From Folioceros fuciformis (Eukaryota), in assembly GCA_049999805.1 (NCBI GenBank), contig JBNGIO010006211.1, positions 1 through 64,000 on the forward strand: a stretch of DNA of 64,000 nt. Reading direction: 5' to 3'. The stretch's first letter is position 1; each line of letters begins with the position of its first letter. Made by a program: the position numbers and the translations under genes. The notes beneath the pieces are model-generated. The model worked only from the letters and a program-made list of their open reading frames with translations, was not told the DNA's origin and did not search any database. Of the stretch, positions 60,201-64,000 are shown piece by piece.

Positions 60201-62921
60201 AGAACAGGTGTATTCTTGACAACTTGTTGCTTATGCGTGAGGCTAAGTTTAATGCCCTAGCTCATCATACCCCAACAGTGTTCATTTCCTTATATTTCTA
60301 TAAGGCTTATGACTCTGTTGAGTAGCATTTCCTATGGAGATGTCTGCGAAGCTTTGGGTTTGGCAACAACTTCTACAGGTGTATTGCAATTTTGTGTGAG
60401 GATGTAGGCACTATGGTCTCTGTCAACAGCTCCTTTACTAAAAGGTTTGGTATTACGCGTTCGGTACGGCAAGGCTGCCCACTGGCCCCATTCTTATTCA
60501 TCAGTCACTGACTTTCTCTTGCGAGCAGTCAAGAAGGATTCAAGGATTGAAGGCATCTAGAATCCCGATGGCTCGCAGTTGCATATCTCAGATTTTGCCG
60601 ACGACACCATGCTCTTCTCATCGGCAGATACGAATTCCTTAATAGCCCTGCTCTCTCAGGTACAAATTTTTGGGCAGCTATCAGGATGCAATGTGAATTG
60701 GAGTAAGACTAGGATGATGTGCATTAACTTGCAGGGGGAGCCGCCCGCATGCATTAGGCACATAGAGCGGGTCAAACCCGGCTCGTCTCACAAATACCTG
60801 GGCCTGCCGTTCCAAGAAGAGGAGGAGAATGCGGAGATTGGTAAATTTGTTTGTCTTCGGTTTATCCGAAAGGCAACCAGCTTACGACTTTTGGATCTTA
60901 GTCTCGCAGGCAGAATTGTAGTCATCAATCATATTTTGACCGCATCCCTGTGGTACTACTTGTTCTTGTGGGCTCCTAACAAGGCGGATCTGAGACGATT
61001 GCAACAGACAATTTCCAACTTCCTATGGAGCAAGTCTAAGGAGCTGCTCTCTTCTTCCCATAAGGTGGTGTGGCATCATATTATTCAGTGCAAGCGCTTG
61101 GGGGGACTGGGGTTGGTTGACCCCACGAGAAAAATGAAGAACTTACATGCGCAATGGGTGCTGAAGGCAGCTGGCCCAATGGATACCCTTGGAAAAGTTG
61201 GTTAACCCAACACTTGCAGCTATTTCATGTGGTTGCTCGAGGGCGGAGGTCTATGGATAATCTCCTGGAGGATAGGCCCGTGTTGGACACCAGGGACTGC
61301 TCCCCTCTCTTTGCTTCAATCTGTTGAAGTTTCTTGGAGGTGAAAACCTTTCTTATCTATGCCAAGCCCAGGAATAGGGATGATGTGCTGGGTCTCCCTC
61401 TCCAAGGCTTTCAGGGGATGTGGTCTCAGGATTTCCTTTCCCAGGTGTACAGGTCCCAAATCTTTGGTTCCGCTAGCAGAAGTGGCATTGTGCAGCTCGG
61501 ACACTTGTGGAACTATAGAGAGGCTGGTTGGAAATCAGCGGAGGAGACACTAGAAGAGTTTGGGGTCCCTATTGGGCATGTGAGGCTTATGCTTGCTTGG
61601 CTCCAGCAAGGGATGGCACAGGATGTGAAGCTAGCGCTGCTACAGGAAGCTCAGGTGGGCATCAATATGTGGGGAGCATACCCCATGGAAGATAGAGCAG
61701 GTGGCTCCAACTAGGAGTTGGACAAGCCCTTCCCAGATTTTGACAGAGCGGTGCTCGTGACATCAATGACAGATGAGGAAGGAATCCTATCTTATAGGAC
61801 GCTGAACATAGAGGGGCTGCTGGAGGAAAAGGGTAGAGCGGAAGGCACGAGGGATGGAGTCACCTTGAGAGGGATAACTATGCTATACAGGGCTAGGCGA
61901 GCGGGCCTTTGGCTTACCCAGGAAGAGCAAGGCAACAGGAAACAGGTCATGCAACAGCGTCCCATAAGATGTTGGTTTCGCTTGAAGGAGAATTGGGAGC
62001 TAATGATGCGCTCTGACCTATATGTGTGGCCTAGGAGCGCAGGAAGTAAGTAGGACACTACGAAGTCACTCTTCAATTTTCCGTCAGCAGCCGTGTACCT
62101 TTGGTTGGTGCGAGCTCAAAAATGTCCTCGGCGAAGTCGACTGGCTCCTAGATTGCGGCTCTCCCAGCGTCAGCAAAAGGCAACGATCAAACTCTTGTGG
62201 TCGACCTTAGGGATCCCCCCTAAGGAGAGGGTAACCATCTGGTGCTTTTTTCAAGCTTGCCTGCCTAACGCAGACCGATGGGACAGGTTGTTGGTGGCCA
62301 CGGGGGAGGAATGCTGCAGGTTATGCAACGTTGGCGCTTCGCATAAAAGCCAACATATTTTCTTTCAATGCAATTATGCGCAGGGTATCTAGCACGAAGT
62401 CGGTCGGTGGCTTCAGCGACTTCTCCCAGAGAGAGCCATCTTAGTTACCGAACAAACTGCCTTATTCAGGCTAGACGGACAGGCAGGGGGGCCACTTCTC
62501 AAATTCCAACGGTGGGGAGTGGTTTGGTCCCTATCATTGTTCTCCTTGTGGCAAAACTGGGCAGCAATGGTATATGGCGGGAGTGAGCCGGTAGTTAGGA
62601 AAGCTCTACTATGGCGCATTTGGGAGCAAGTACTGGTGGTCGCGGAAAGTATCCGAACGTCCACTCACACTAAGTTTAGGCGGAGAGAGTGGATGCTAGC
62701 AGGCTTCCTCCGACACAATGATCAATGGGATCACTTCTGCCCATCGGGCAGGTAAGGGCTGTGTCGCTCTTGATCGTAGGGAAGTTCAGCTTTGCTCGCT
62801 TCTGTAGCTTAGTCTTTGAGTGCAGGCTAAGATCTCATTCATTTGCGTACACAATTGAAAAGCCGTTAGTGTAGCTTAAACTACGAATAATCAGATTTTT
62901 TTTCTTCATGAAAAAAAAAAA
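57233..62921 (+). mobile_element. L1-type LINE, probably 5'-truncated, inactivated ORF2 (APE-RT-zf) ~58400-62755, with poly(A) and TSD
   Basis: APE motifs VLSWNVRGLG, IQEHKL, NIYAPN, GDFN, SDH. RT motifs KSPGHDG, YKVIAKVLANRL, KAYDSVE, RQGCPLAP, FADD. Zinc knuckle CRLC..SQHIFFQC. Poly(A) at 62911-62921; TSD AAAATGTAAGGTGCA at 57218-57232 and 62918-62932. Confidence 0.95.
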
Positions 62922-64000
62922 TGTAAGGTGCACCGTACAGCAAAATGCAGTATAACTTTCTTTCTAAAAGTAGATAGATGGATTGGTTTTTCTGAAGGAG
63001 TAAAGTATTCAGCTATACAATATGGAGCATTGGGCAAAACCATATGATTGAACATAATTTTTATGAGTGTTTTATGGCTCAAAAGGTTTGTTTGCAAATC
63101 TTATCTCAAATCTATAAAACCTTAAAGAATAAGAATTGACAACTCTCTGAACTTTTTTTGTTACTAGACATTGACAAGGGATTTAACAAGAGGTGGCTAT
63201 CAAAACAATATTGGTCTATTCTTAGGGCAACCATTATTCACACCCTTCGGAGCGACTGGATTGTGATCATTTTTAATGGGAGAACCTTGCAACTTGTAAC
63301 AAATTGCTTTGCCAAATTATGTGGCAATGACTCATATTCAATGTTGCTGGGCTATGTAGTCAAGAATAACCTAAAGAAGTTCAGGATATTGGATTGGTAA
63401 AAGATAAGGCTTGTAACATTCTCGTCCCAAAGCTATTATGTGAATTGAAATGATGCATCATTGGCAATGGGCAGTACCGCATGGAAGAGAACTTAGGCAT
63501 TGTAGTGCCACCATTGCTTTGTTTTTGTGCATGACACCAGACAAAGAGGACTTTTACAAGGTATTGTTAATTCCACGAACTTATGTACTTGAGGAGTAGG
63601 TGAATTTGATGGTGCAAAATGCTCGTGGAATTACTTACTTGGAAAGGGCCATTTTTTGCATTGACAACAAACTTAGATGGCCTCCTTAGGGTTGCTACAT
63701 CTTCTTGGCCTTCCTAAGGCTGCTACATCTCCTTGGCCGTAGCCCCAACCCAAGCTTAGACCCTATTCAAGCTTTTCCTCAACCATGCTTTGGCATGAGG
63801 TTAGACCAAAGTTAGGCCTATCCTTAAATGCAACCCAATGTTAGCCAAGTTTAGATGAAGAAGTGATGAAAAAATATAAGCAATATTGCTTACAAAGGAA
63901 GTTGGAACTCATGTTGCACAAGGCCTAGGCAAGGTAGATACTCCCCTCAAAAATATGTGCTAATTTTCATCATGAGAAGTCATATCATATCATTATTAGA

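Overview
Eukaryotic nuclear DNA from a gene-dense land-plant genome with short (~80-130 nt) introns. The PPR variants (WW-type PG box, lengthened L repeats) point to a hornwort or another seed-free plant; this is an inference. Intact-looking genes: cytosolic isoleucyl-tRNA synthetase (~27 exons), two PLS-class PPR RNA-editing factors lacking a full DYW domain, 5-oxoprolinase (~36 exons), a small membrane protein, an intronless APC6/CDC16, a Pro-rich type-I membrane protein, GluTR-binding protein, an SHM6/7-type serine hydroxymethyltransferase whose 5' end falls in an N-gap, and a divergent RPS27 absent from the ORF track. A tandem duplication (~35.8-47.4 kb copied at ~47.5-53.1 kb) left GluTRBP and RPS27 pseudogenes; the second copy lacks ~6.3 kb and carries a telomere-repeat patch. 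Mobile elements: Ty3/gypsy relics, a probable CRE/R2-like (REL-type) retrotransposon relic, a decayed L1, and a 5.7-kb L1 with poly(A) and a 15-bp TSD. I cannot support a wholly new biological system here. The most unusual signal is three PPR L-repeats that each carry a 16-aa beta-hairpin-like insertion.
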